Source: Vulcanisaeta sp. AZ3 (lineage in GTDB: Archaea > Thermoproteota > Thermoprotei > Thermoproteales > Thermocladiaceae). Taken from it: a stretch of 22,338 nucleotides of DNA. The stretch covers positions 1 through 22,338 of the forward strand of contig JZWU02000027.1 in the NCBI GenBank assembly GCA_000960865.2, in the 5' to 3' direction. Below the pieces are notes generated by a model. That model had not been told where the DNA came from. It was given only the letters and a program-made list of their open reading frames with translations, and ran no database searches. Of this stretch, positions 8,980 to 17,690 are shown one piece after another. Position 1 is the first letter of the stretch. The number at the start of each line of letters is the position of its first letter. Made by a program: the position numbers and the translations under genes.

Positions 8980-9035
8980 TCACTCAGCGCTATTAACCTA
9001 AATCATCTCTCATCCAGCCCAGTGTCATCATTGAT
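8980..9035 (-). ncRNA. Box C/D methylation-guide sRNA
   Basis: Minus strand reads AUGAUGA (C box, 9031-9025), CACUGGGCUGG, AUGA (D'), GAG, AUGAUUU (C'), AGGUUAAUAGCG, CUGA (D box, 8987-8984). Canonical archaeal spacing, located in an intergenic gap. Confidence 0.85.
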
Positions 9036-9066
9036 GGTAGTGTTGCTGTTGGGTTAATAAATGCAC

Positions 9067-10116
9067 CTAATCAATGTGCCAGTATTGTCTATGTGTATTA
9101 ATTGCATCCTTAATTATGGAGTTGAATCGTGCTTTAATCCTCGGCTCTGTCCTCGTAATCTCTTCATTAATCTCAAACTCCTTATTGTTCAGGATTCTTA
9201 GGAGTAGTTTGGAGCCCTCGTTGAGCGTCTTGAGGTTATAGCCGCCCTCTAGTACGAAGATTATTCCCTTGGTTAGGCCGATTAGATTTCTTAGTTCTTT
9301 ATATATTTCGGCGTAGGTGTTTAGGGAGAGTCTTAGGTTGGCTATGGTTTCTAGTTCATGGGCGTCAAACCCGAGGGATACAAGGATTAATTGGGGTTTA
9401 AACTCCCTAATTATTGGCCAAGCGATTCTCATTAAAGCTTCTTGGTAGGCGTCGTCGGCTGTGAATGGCGGTAGGGGTATGTTAATGTTAAAGCCCTCCC
9501 CGTCTCCCTCTCCAACTTCATGTATGAAGCCTGTGCCTGGGTATAGGGTGGTTGGGTCTTGATGGAAGCTTATGTATAGGACTCTTGGGTCTCTGTAGAA
9601 TATTTCCTGTGTTCCATTGCCGTGGTGAACATCAACATCTAGTATTGCAATCCTACTTATGCCCATGTTGAGTGCGTATACGGCGCCCACAGCCACGTTG
9701 TTGAATATGCAGAAACCCTGGGTTGGTGCCATTAGGGCTTTGCCGAATTTACCAACGTGGTGTCCAGGAGGTCTGACTACTGCGTAGGCTGCATTCCATT
9801 CACCACTTAATACTTTATCTATGCTCTTAATCACGGCCCCAATGGCTAGTTTAGCTGCTTTGCATGTGCCTGGGCTTACGTATGTGTCGGCATCAATGAA
9901 GGTGTATCCTATCTCACAGGCTTTGTTTATTTGGGTTACGTAGGTTGGATCGTGGACCTTAAGTAACCACTGATCTACGTTAGTTGTTGGTTTCTCGACG
10001 GATACCCCTTCCTTAATCACGGCTTCCATTATTGATAATACTCTACTTGGATTTTCAACATGGCTTCTAGGTGGTTTATGTTCTAGGTATGCATTATCAT
10101 AAACTACGTTAATCAT
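9067..10116 (-). CDS. Zn-dependent histone deacetylase superfamily protein (acetoin utilization/acetylpolyamine amidohydrolase-like)
   Basis: HVENPSR, RPPGHH, GFCIFNN, DVDVHHGNGTQ, YPGTG, GFDAH and LEGGY motifs all intact. Confidence 0.95.
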   Translation of the reverse strand: MINVVYDNAYLEHKPPRSHVENPSRVLSIMEAVIKEGVSVEKPTTNVDQWLLKVHDPTYVTQINKACEIGYTFIDADTYVSPGTCKAAKLAIGAVIKSIDKVLSGEWNAAYAVVRPPGHHVGKFGKALMAPTQGFCIFNNVAVGAVYALNMGISRIAILDVDVHHGNGTQEIFYRDPRVLYISFHQDPTTLYPGTGFIHEVGEGDGEGFNINIPLPPFTADDAYQEALMRIAWPIIREFKPQLILVSLGFDAHELETIANLRLSLNTYAEIYKELRNLIGLTKGIIFVLEGGYNLKTLNEGSKLLLRILNNKEFEINEEITRTEPRIKARFNSIIKDAINTHRQYWHID

Positions 10117-10171
10117 GTTGCTTAGCTTTCCTTAGTATCTTATTAATCTGCTTGGGTAGATTATTGTTGGT

Positions 10172-10420
10172 ATGTTTGGTAGAAAGAAGAAGGTTAATCT
10201 TGATGAGGTGCTTAAGGAGTTGGCTGAGGATAATAGTGAAAGGTCTAGGAGACACCTAAGGGTTGAGGATGGTGATGAGCCGAGTGGTGTTAGGTTTAAG
10301 GTGGAGTTTGAGGGCGTTGAGGATTTAATTAAGGAGATTAAGGAGTTGAGGGGGTCAATTGATGAGTTAATTGATTTATTGAAAGAGCAGGGTAGTTCCT
10401 CTACCGCTGTGAAGAAATAA
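10172..10420 (+). CDS. Small acidic hypothetical protein with C-terminal coiled coil
   Basis: 82 aa with typical gag/agg/aag codon usage and heptad pattern VEDLIKEIKELRGSIDELIDLLK. Confidence 0.7.
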   Translation: MFGRKKKVNLDEVLKELAEDNSERSRRHLRVEDGDEPSGVRFKVEFEGVEDLIKEIKELRGSIDELIDLLKEQGSSSTAVKK

Positions 10421-10461
10421 TTCATTTTTAAACCCAGGGTCTGATTAAAAGGATTGCTATA

Positions 10462-12471
10462 ATGAATAATCAGAAGAAGACGTTGAATATCCTGGACCTA
10501 ATTGCAATATCTGTGGAGCTTGGGGGATTAGTGGATTCTAGGATTGATAATGCATATACAATGAATGATTCATTACTCATAAGGCTTAGGAGAGGTTCTG
10601 AGAAGTACTTCTTGGTAGCTAATTCTCATAGGTTTGGTTTGACAAGTTACATTCTTGAGCATGGATCTGAGGGGGTGGCGGCGTTACGTAGGTTGATAGA
10701 GGGTTTGAGGCTTAGGGATATTGAGGTTGTTAATTTCGACAGAGTGGTTAGGCTATCTCTGGATGAGGGTTCCCTAATAATAGAATTGCTAGAGCCCTGG
10801 AATGCCATATACATTAATAATGATGGTGTGATAAGGTGGGTCTTGAGGAGTTACAGGGGTAAGGATCGCACAGTAAGTATTGGTCTTCAATACAAGCCAC
10901 CACCGCAAAGCTTCGCTAAGCTGAGTGATAGTATCGATACGGTAATGAATGCATTGCGTAATTATGATACGGTAGGTAGAGCATTGGCGAGGGGCTTGGG
11001 GCTTGGTGGTGAGGTGGCCAATGAGGTTTGTGCGAGGGCTTCTGTGGATTGCGGAAGTCCCGTTAATTCTGTTGATCTTAATTCCATGGTTTCAATTGTT
11101 AAGTCCATGATTGATACTGTAAGTAGGGGTTCGTTGGAACCTACTATTTATTATAGTGGTGGTTTGCCAGTAACAGTCACGCCTCTTAGGTTTATGTCCA
11201 TTAAGTATGATGGTATTAAGCAGTTTGCCAGGTTTAATGAGGCTGTTGATGAGTATTTCCATGAGGTAGAGGTTGGGGAGGAGGCTAGGAAGAGGCTTGC
11301 AGGTATTGAGGGTGAGATAGCTAGGATTGAGAGGAGTATTGATGAGTTATCCATGAATATTGAGGAGTTTAAGAAAGGTGCTGAGGAGCTTAGGGTTAAG
11401 GCGGAGACTGTACTTAATTGGAAATATGTAATTGAGGAGTTGCTAGGCGTGCTCAGGAGTTATTGGTCGTCGTATAAGGATGAGTTTCAAGACCTGGTTA
11501 GGGGTATGGAATACCAGGGGGTTAGGGTTAAGGGATTTGATTCAAGGAGTAGGTTGTTGATTCTCGATATTAATGGTGTTTCGGTATCAATACCGTTGAA
11601 TGCTAATGTTGGTGATGTTATTAATGACTTATTCAATAGGGCTAAGGAGCTTGAGCGAAAGGCTAGGAATGCCGAGGAGGTCATGGATAAGCTTAAGTCA
11701 CGTATTGAGGAGTTGAGGCGAGAGGGTGAGAAATTGAGTGAGAGTGTTAGAGAGAGTTCGGTGAGGGTTGTTTATGGTGTTAGAGAGTGGTTTGAGAGGT
11801 TTAGGTGGTTCATAACTAGTGGCGGTAGGCTTGTTATTGCGGGTAGGGATGCAACTCAGAATGAGGTGATTGTTAGGCATTATCTGAGGCCTTGGGATAT
11901 ATTCGTACATGCCGATATACCTGGTGCAGCCACAGTAGTCCTTAAGCTCTCCAGCCCTGATGATACGGTTAGTGAGGAGGATATACTAGAGGCTGCTCAA
12001 TATGCGGTGGCTTACTCAAGGGCTTGGGTCATGGGTTTATCTGTGCTCGATGCCTTCTATGTTAAGGGTGAGCAGGTCACGAAGAAGGCACCATCGGGTG
12101 AATATCTTGGTAAGGGTAGTTTTATGATTTATGGGACGAGGGGTTGGATTAGGAATGCGGAGCTTTCTCTCGGTATTGGTGTTAGGATTGACGTAGTTAA
12201 TAATGTCTCCCTTATTCGATTAATAACCGCGCCACCCAGCGTAATAGCGCGTTTAGCTAATTATTACGTCATTGTGAAGCCTGGCAATAGGGATAGGAAT
12301 GAGGTGGGTAGGGAAGTATATGAGGAGTTTAGAGTGAGGGTTCCAGGTCTTAGTAAGGCTTTGAATTTAAGCATGGTGGTTGAGGCCTTGCCAGGTCCAT
12401 CAGTCATTGACGGATTCTTCAATGGAAACCCAATGCCCTGGGATGAAATTAAGAGTAAGGCTATGCAGTGA
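10462..12471 (+). CDS. rqcH: Archaeal Rqc2/NEMF/RqcH ribosome quality control protein (NFACT-N, HhH, coiled coil, NFACT-R)
   Basis: NFDRVV, LIIELL, GLGGEVANEVCARA, WFERFRWFITS, IAGRDATQNE, FVHADIPGA, AVAYSRAW, QVTKKAPSGEYLGKGSFMIYG. Confidence 0.93.
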   Translation: MNNQKKTLNILDLIAISVELGGLVDSRIDNAYTMNDSLLIRLRRGSEKYFLVANSHRFGLTSYILEHGSEGVAALRRLIEGLRLRDIEVVNFDRVVRLSLDEGSLIIELLEPWNAIYINNDGVIRWVLRSYRGKDRTVSIGLQYKPPPQSFAKLSDSIDTVMNALRNYDTVGRALARGLGLGGEVANEVCARASVDCGSPVNSVDLNSMVSIVKSMIDTVSRGSLEPTIYYSGGLPVTVTPLRFMSIKYDGIKQFARFNEAVDEYFHEVEVGEEARKRLAGIEGEIARIERSIDELSMNIEEFKKGAEELRVKAETVLNWKYVIEELLGVLRSYWSSYKDEFQDLVRGMEYQGVRVKGFDSRSRLLILDINGVSVSIPLNANVGDVINDLFNRAKELERKARNAEEVMDKLKSRIEELRREGEKLSESVRESSVRVVYGVREWFERFRWFITSGGRLVIAGRDATQNEVIVRHYLRPWDIFVHADIPGAATVVLKLSSPDDTVSEEDILEAAQYAVAYSRAWVMGLSVLDAFYVKGEQVTKKAPSGEYLGKGSFMIYGTRGWIRNAELSLGIGVRIDVVNNVSLIRLITAPPSVIARLANYYVIVKPGNRDRNEVGREVYEEFRVRVPGLSKALNLSMVVEALPGPSVIDGFFNGNPMPWDEIKSKAMQ

Positions 12472-12477
12472 TCGACC

Positions 12478-13026
12478 TTGGAGATAGCCAGGGTAAACAA
12501 GTGTATTGCACTGCCCGTGATTGATGAGGAACCCATACTAGACTCGATGCTTGGTTGGTTAGCTAGGTGGTTGAGAATGCTCGGCGTTAGGGTAAACTAC
12601 AGTCCTAACTTTGCTGATGACGCACTAATCAATATGAGCCACCTCCTAATAACTAGGGATAAAGAGTTGTTTAGGAGAAGGGTGTTCATAAGCGTCCTAC
12701 TTGAGACTTCTAGGCATGCTGAGTGGCTATCAATAGCATCCTTAATACTTGGCATACCGTTAAAGCTAGACCTAGGTAAAAGCCTATGTCCGGTCTGCGG
12801 TTCTAGTCTAATTAAGGTTAATAGGGAGACCGTGGTTGATAGAGTACCGAGGGGGGTCCTAATGAAGTATGATGATTTTTGGCTATGCACAGGTTGTGGT
12901 AAGGTTTACTGGATTGGTAGTCATCATACACGTATTAAGAAAGAGTTAGATAAGGCCCAGTTTATTTTGACTGATTTAAAGGCTTCGTGCACTAACGATA
13001 ATTTACTAATAATTCGCAGTGATTAG
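12478..13026 (+). CDS. Mut7-C RNase domain protein (PIN-like fold plus Zn ribbon; DUF82)
   Basis: DSMLGWLARWLRMLG, DD, LITRDKEL, CPVCGSSL...FWLCTGCGKVYWIGSH. The TTG start is uncertain. Confidence 0.9.
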   Translation: MEIARVNKCIALPVIDEEPILDSMLGWLARWLRMLGVRVNYSPNFADDALINMSHLLITRDKELFRRRVFISVLLETSRHAEWLSIASLILGIPLKLDLGKSLCPVCGSSLIKVNRETVVDRVPRGVLMKYDDFWLCTGCGKVYWIGSHHTRIKKELDKAQFILTDLKASCTNDNLLIIRSD

Positions 13027-13068
13027 AGGATATTGCATATAAGTTGCTTAGCACTATCCATAATACCC

Positions 13069-13761
13069 ATGCAATTATTCAAGGTATTAAATGAGGAGGA
13101 GTCATTAACACTTATTAGGTACTTAAGGGCTAAGATTATGGAGAGATTAGGTGTTAAGGCTAGTTACGAGGTGGATCCAACGCATTTAGTAAGAATTGCG
13201 GAGCTTAAGTTTGGGGTTTTCGTATCTATTGAGAAGATCATGTACTCAGACGGCATGATCAAGAGGGTCCTCAGGGGTAGTATGGGTACGATAAGGCCAA
13301 TGAAGAATTTGCTTGAGGATTCCTTAGCTGCAGCTATACATGCTGCATTTTATGATCCGAGGTTCTCTCCAATATCATTCACGGAGTTTAGGAATTGCAT
13401 CATTGAGGTTACAATAGTTTCGCCATTAATTGATGTAAATATGGATTGGCTTAAGAGTAACTTAATTCTAGGTTACCATGGACTATATCTTGTTGACTCA
13501 GGGAAGGCATCAATAATTCTTCCACAGAGGGTTATTGAGATTGCTGAGGATTACAATCAAAGGACGAATAAGTACTTAGACAATGAGAGTTTCATTAATG
13601 AGTTATGCCAGCAACTAAGGATTTGTAATCCATCAAGTATTAAAGTCTTCGAGACTCAGATAATATATGAATTACGTCCTGGAGGGAGTATTGTGGAACG
13701 TAAATTATACCTAAATAGGTTATTGCTTAGGAATGCCGTCAAACTACCTATCGTGGCTTAA
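13069..13761 (+). CDS. AMMECR1 (RAGNYA fold) domain protein, divergent
   Basis: GVFVSIEK, LRGSMGT (for LRGCIG), AAFYDPRFSPI, IEVTIVS, GYHGL, ILPQ, FETQIIYE. ATG at 13069 preferred over TTG at 13033. Confidence 0.85.
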   Translation: MQLFKVLNEEESLTLIRYLRAKIMERLGVKASYEVDPTHLVRIAELKFGVFVSIEKIMYSDGMIKRVLRGSMGTIRPMKNLLEDSLAAAIHAAFYDPRFSPISFTEFRNCIIEVTIVSPLIDVNMDWLKSNLILGYHGLYLVDSGKASIILPQRVIEIAEDYNQRTNKYLDNESFINELCQQLRICNPSSIKVFETQIIYELRPGGSIVERKLYLNRLLLRNAVKLPIVA

Positions 13762-13815
13762 GTATTTTATGCTAAAGATTTATTAGCATCAGTTTTAATA
13801 GAGAATTGAGGTAAT

Positions 13816-14553
13816 ATGCCCATCATGATAAAGTTTTACATGGTTGTTGGCAGAGATGAGGAATACGAAAACACTATAAGGAGTGTTATCAATGAGGTTA
13901 AGGATAAGTTTAAGGAGAAGGGTATTAACGCAACATTTATAAGAATTAAGCCAGAGGCTGTTGATGCGGCCTTATATGCACTAAACATGCCTGATAACCA
14001 GATACCACGAAACTTATTGTACCTTGTAAAGTCAATGAGGCAGGACGGGATTAAATCCTTACCAGCATTAATAATTAATGGTACGAAGATTTACGAGGGC
14101 CAATTACCTTCACCGCAGATCGTGAGACAAAAAGTTATGGATGAAATAACGGCGTTACTAATACCAACACAACCAGCACAACAAGCACCACCATTACCGC
14201 CATCGCTAACACCACAAGAAACCACGCCTCCACCACCGCAACCCATCGAGAAACCACCAACTGAAACTATAAAGGAAGCACAGCCATCGGAAGTACAGCC
14301 TCGCATTACGGAGGCCATTGTAAAGCCACCAACCGAATCAATAAAGGAAACACAACCATCGGAAACAAGGCCCAGCACTACGGTGCTGCAACCCTCAATT
14401 CTAACGCAATATACAACCCAGAGTGGTATTAAGGTCGTCGTAGGTAGGCCAAATGATTGCAGGGAATGCATTTACTATGGCACAAATACGAATACCTGTC
14501 TATTATTCGGTTACAAGATAACAGACCCCACTAGGCCTCCTTGTAAAACATAA
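13816..14553 (+). CDS. Hypothetical protein: thioredoxin-like N-domain, Pro/Gln/Thr-rich linker, C-terminal 4-Cys motif
   Basis: GIKSLPALIINGTKIYEGQLPS resembles the thioredoxin/glutaredoxin cis-Pro strand; C-terminus CRECIYY...CLLFG...PPC; SD-like gaggt upstream. Confidence 0.75.
   Translation: MPIMIKFYMVVGRDEEYENTIRSVINEVKDKFKEKGINATFIRIKPEAVDAALYALNMPDNQIPRNLLYLVKSMRQDGIKSLPALIINGTKIYEGQLPSPQIVRQKVMDEITALLIPTQPAQQAPPLPPSLTPQETTPPPPQPIEKPPTETIKEAQPSEVQPRITEAIVKPPTESIKETQPSETRPSTTVLQPSILTQYTTQSGIKVVVGRPNDCRECIYYGTNTNTCLLFGYKITDPTRPPCKT
14251..14364 (+). repeat. In-frame direct repeat, 42-nt units with 72-nt period
   Basis: 14251-14292 encodes KPPTETIKEAQPSE; 14323-14364 encodes KPPTESIKETQPSE. 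Confidence 0.8.
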
Positions 14554-14557
14554 TTAC

Positions 14558-14842
14558 TTATTTATAAGGAATTAAGTATACGTAATCCCCAAGAGCCTGC
14601 CCAGGTAATCCTCTCCTAAACCTCACAAGTAATTGTCCATGCTTACCCCAAATCTTGAGCACATTACCTATTATCTCAGTCCCAGCCCTCGATCTCCAAA
14701 CAACCTTAGCCCCTAAGAACCTAGCTGCGTCAATGTTTGACTCAACACCAGGTATTATCACTATGGCATCTCTAGCATACCCAAGAGATCCTCTCCTTAT
14801 CGAATAGATCTTAGCCTTAATCACGTTCACTGACGTTGACAC
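14558..14842 (-). CDS. rpl35ae: 50S ribosomal protein L35Ae (eL33)
   Basis: RRG, IPGVES..DAARFLGAKVVW, GKHGQLLVRFRRGLPGQALG; 94 aa, basic; TATA-like cttaaaaa about 25 nt upstream on the minus strand. Confidence 0.88.
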   Translation of the reverse strand: MSTSVNVIKAKIYSIRRGSLGYARDAIVIIPGVESNIDAARFLGAKVVWRSRAGTEIIGNVLKIWGKHGQLLVRFRRGLPGQALGDYVYLIPYK

Positions 14843-15130
14843 GTAAACAACATAAACTCGGTATTTTTAAGTCCTACTTTCCGATCCATTTATCCCTGCA
14901 TGAGTATTCTCATAATTTCACGAAGGATTATGGTTCGTACAAGCTTAATCCTCAGTAACGTGCTTAATTTAATGATAAGTTAGTTAAGGAGGATACTCTC
15001 GAACTCAACATTATCAAGCCACATAACTAACCAAACACATTACCTAAACGTAACTCCCACTGTATGGAATATAATCCATATTAACAAAAAGAGTGCATTC
15101 GGAATTTTGAGAGAGATTTTGGAGGAATAA

Positions 15131-15141
15131 TGTTTAAATTT
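15131..15141 (+). promoter_or_regulatory. Putative TATA box for atpI (leaderless transcript)
   Basis: tttaaatt at 15133-15140, about 25-32 nt before the ATG at 15165. Confidence 0.5.
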
Positions 15142-15164
15142 TACGCATGGCCTTTGTCTAACGA

Positions 15165-17690
15165 ATGCCAATAGCTAGACTTGTCGAGTATAAGATTGCA
15201 CTACCCTCTGAGTATGCCTTTGACCTATTGATAAATATAGGTAACGTGAAGTACTTCATGCCAATAACGAGGCCGGGAACAATACCAGCCCCAAGAGTAC
15301 CCAGTAAATACTCAGAGAGGGTTAGGAAGGTTGAGGACTTATCTAGGGAGATAGGCAGGGTGATGGTGCAATACTCAGTGCCGCCGCCGCAAACACCTCG
15401 TGAGGTTAAGGTTAGCCTATTCGATGAGTTAATTGAGAATGTGCTTGAGGATGGTGAGGATTTACTAACGAGAATTAGGCAATACCTTAACACGATTGAG
15501 GGTGTTAGGGCTGAGTATGATAGGTTAAGGGGCATAACTGATGTTATTTCGTCAGTTGGTGAGGTAATCATGGAGAAGCTTAAGTACTTCTCTGTGGACA
15601 TAGTGCCTATTTCTGAGGAGGACTTAAATGAGTTTAAGAGTGCTGTGGTTAATCAAGGCATAGAGGTAATACCCGTTAAAGTTCAGAGCAGGTTCTACGT
15701 ATTAGTTATATATCCTGAGTGGGCTAAGCAGTTTCTACTCAATGTCTATAAGCTATTTAATGTCACACCTCTAGAGTTCTCAACCGGCCTTGACGCTAAG
15801 TCAATGAAGGAACGATTAGCAGAACTTGAGGGTAGGTTGGCTAAGATGGAGCAGGAGTTCCGTGACTTCCTAATGAAAGTTAGCGATAGGGCCTACTCAA
15901 TAATCGATCTGTCTAATGCAATCGATGGCATTATTAGACAATACATGGATTCAGCAATACCCGAGGGCAAGGATGTTGGAGATAGGCTATCACAAATACT
16001 TGCGTCAATTAATGAGGTTAAGAGTAGGGTGGAGGAGTTAGAGATTATTCATGAGACACTGGGTTACATGAACAAGGCTGGAATTGCACCTGGAGGTTTG
16101 AGTAGGTTGAGGAGTAGGGTGTTTGTGATTAAGGGTGGTGTTAATGAAGGCGTCATTAAGAGCTTAATGTATGTAAGGCGTGATGTGGAGGGTACAGACC
16201 TATCAATATTAATATTAGTAGAACCACCCAATGATCTTGACATTAAATCCATAGGTAAGGAAGTCCATGAGATAAACCCTGAGTACTTAACTGATCTTAA
16301 GGCATCCTATGAATTAACAGATAGGGAATTGACGGATCTTAAGGCTAGGTTGAAAGATATGGAGAGAGATTATGAAGACTTCATAAAGGATTTCAACGAA
16401 GTTTCCGCATACGGAATTAAGGATATAGACAAGGTTAGTGGAGATGTTGCGACAATAGCAGGTTACGTGAAGGAGGAACTCTCGAAGGAATTCGATGGAT
16501 TATTATCCTCATTAATAACAAGATTGGCAGTAGATGCTAAGGTTAGGAAGGAAAGTAAAGTTGCATATATTAAGGAAATAGAGCCAGAGAAAGCACCTAC
16601 ACTAGAGGAATATCCAAAACCCATTGATGCCCTTAAGAAGATAACGTACATGTATGGTGTACCCAAGTATGTTGAATTAAGTCCCGTGCCATTAACATTC
16701 ATATTATTCCCCTTATTCTATGGGTGGATGTATCCAGATCTAGGTCATGGCATTGTACTAAGCCTCTTCGGCTACGCCCTATATAAGTCAAGGTATAATG
16801 GCCCTAATGGCTTCCTAAGGTCAATATTTAGCGGCAAATATTCAGATTGGGGTTTGATATTCCTATTATCTGGCATTTGGTCCATTATATTCACGTTTGT
16901 TGAGAGTGGCACTATATTTGGAATTGAGGCATTACCAGCAGCCTTTAGATTGGTGCACGTAACTAGTAGGGGTGCGATGGAGGTGCTTCCTGCCTCTGTG
17001 TATGCTACTTTGGCATTGTCTATTCTAGTTGGGATAATTACATTATTACTGGCATTTGCGTTCAAGGCTATTAACGCGTATAGGGAGAGTGAGAGGGACT
17101 TGACTTACGGCTTCTATATACCATTATTCTTCTTCTTCCTCTTCCTAGTCCTTACGCTGGCTAGCATTGGTATTGTCCCTATTATATTAATTGGAAGACA
17201 AACACCAGTTCTTGAGCCGCTGTATGGTATGTTTAATTGGATTACTAATTTGACGTGGTATTGGGTCTATGCAACGTTTGCCTTTTTTGCAATCCTCATT
17301 GCTATGATGTTAGTATTCAAGGTTAAGTATAGTGGTGTTCCGGGCTTTGACTTAGCTCATTTGGCTGTTGATGTTGGTGCTGAGGCTGCAATACCAAGTA
17401 TAGCAAATTCTATATCATTCATGAGGCTTGGCATTATTGCAATAATACATGCTGTCTTTACGGCAATGGTGTATGCATGGGCCTTATCATTAGGTTTACT
17501 AACGCCTGCGGGCCTTACCGTGCTCATAATCTTTAATTTATTAATAATTCTTGGTGAGGGCTTCGTTGCCTTTATACAAGACCTAAGGCTTCACTTTTAC
17601 GAGACGTATACGAAGTTCTTTAGCGGGACTGGTGTCTTGTTCATGCCATTCACATTAGGCTTAAGGTGGGTTAGACTCTTAATTTCATGA
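15165..17690 (+). CDS. atpI: A/V-type ATP synthase subunit I (subunit a), unusually long
   Basis: APT, MYGVPKYVELSP, FPLFYGWMYPDLGHG, essential Arg in NSISFMRLGIIAIIH, EGFVAFIQDLRLHFYE..TKFFSGTG..F.PF; multiple C-terminal TM helices. Confidence 0.93.
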   Translation: MPIARLVEYKIALPSEYAFDLLINIGNVKYFMPITRPGTIPAPRVPSKYSERVRKVEDLSREIGRVMVQYSVPPPQTPREVKVSLFDELIENVLEDGEDLLTRIRQYLNTIEGVRAEYDRLRGITDVISSVGEVIMEKLKYFSVDIVPISEEDLNEFKSAVVNQGIEVIPVKVQSRFYVLVIYPEWAKQFLLNVYKLFNVTPLEFSTGLDAKSMKERLAELEGRLAKMEQEFRDFLMKVSDRAYSIIDLSNAIDGIIRQYMDSAIPEGKDVGDRLSQILASINEVKSRVEELEIIHETLGYMNKAGIAPGGLSRLRSRVFVIKGGVNEGVIKSLMYVRRDVEGTDLSILILVEPPNDLDIKSIGKEVHEINPEYLTDLKASYELTDRELTDLKARLKDMERDYEDFIKDFNEVSAYGIKDIDKVSGDVATIAGYVKEELSKEFDGLLSSLITRLAVDAKVRKESKVAYIKEIEPEKAPTLEEYPKPIDALKKITYMYGVPKYVELSPVPLTFILFPLFYGWMYPDLGHGIVLSLFGYALYKSRYNGPNGFLRSIFSGKYSDWGLIFLLSGIWSIIFTFVESGTIFGIEALPAAFRLVHVTSRGAMEVLPASVYATLALSILVGIITLLLAFAFKAINAYRESERDLTYGFYIPLFFFFLFLVLTLASIGIVPIILIGRQTPVLEPLYGMFNWITNLTWYWVYATFAFFAILIAMMLVFKVKYSGVPGFDLAHLAVDVGAEAAIPSIANSISFMRLGIIAIIHAVFTAMVYAWALSLGLLTPAGLTVLIIFNLLIILGEGFVAFIQDLRLHFYETYTKFFSGTGVLFMPFTLGLRWVRLLIS

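Noticed and set aside
7387-8996. Hydrophobic plus-strand ORFs (7387, 7704, 7804, 8076, 8787)
   Set aside because: Antisense to motif-bearing genes; the hydrophobicity follows from the G/T skew.
10132-10425. 97-aa Ser/Leu-rich minus-strand ORF
   Set aside because: It is the mirror of the Glu/Lys-rich plus-strand gene, which has typical codon usage.
14091-14471. Gly/Cys/Val-rich 126-aa minus-strand ORF
   Set aside because: It is the antisense reading of the Pro/Gln/Thr linker.
14880-15120. Long divergent intergenic region between rpl35Ae and atpI; possible pseudogene or ncRNA
   Set aside because: Minus-strand frames give only short stop-interrupted peptides, and I found no C/D boxes, tRNA fold or recognisable homology.
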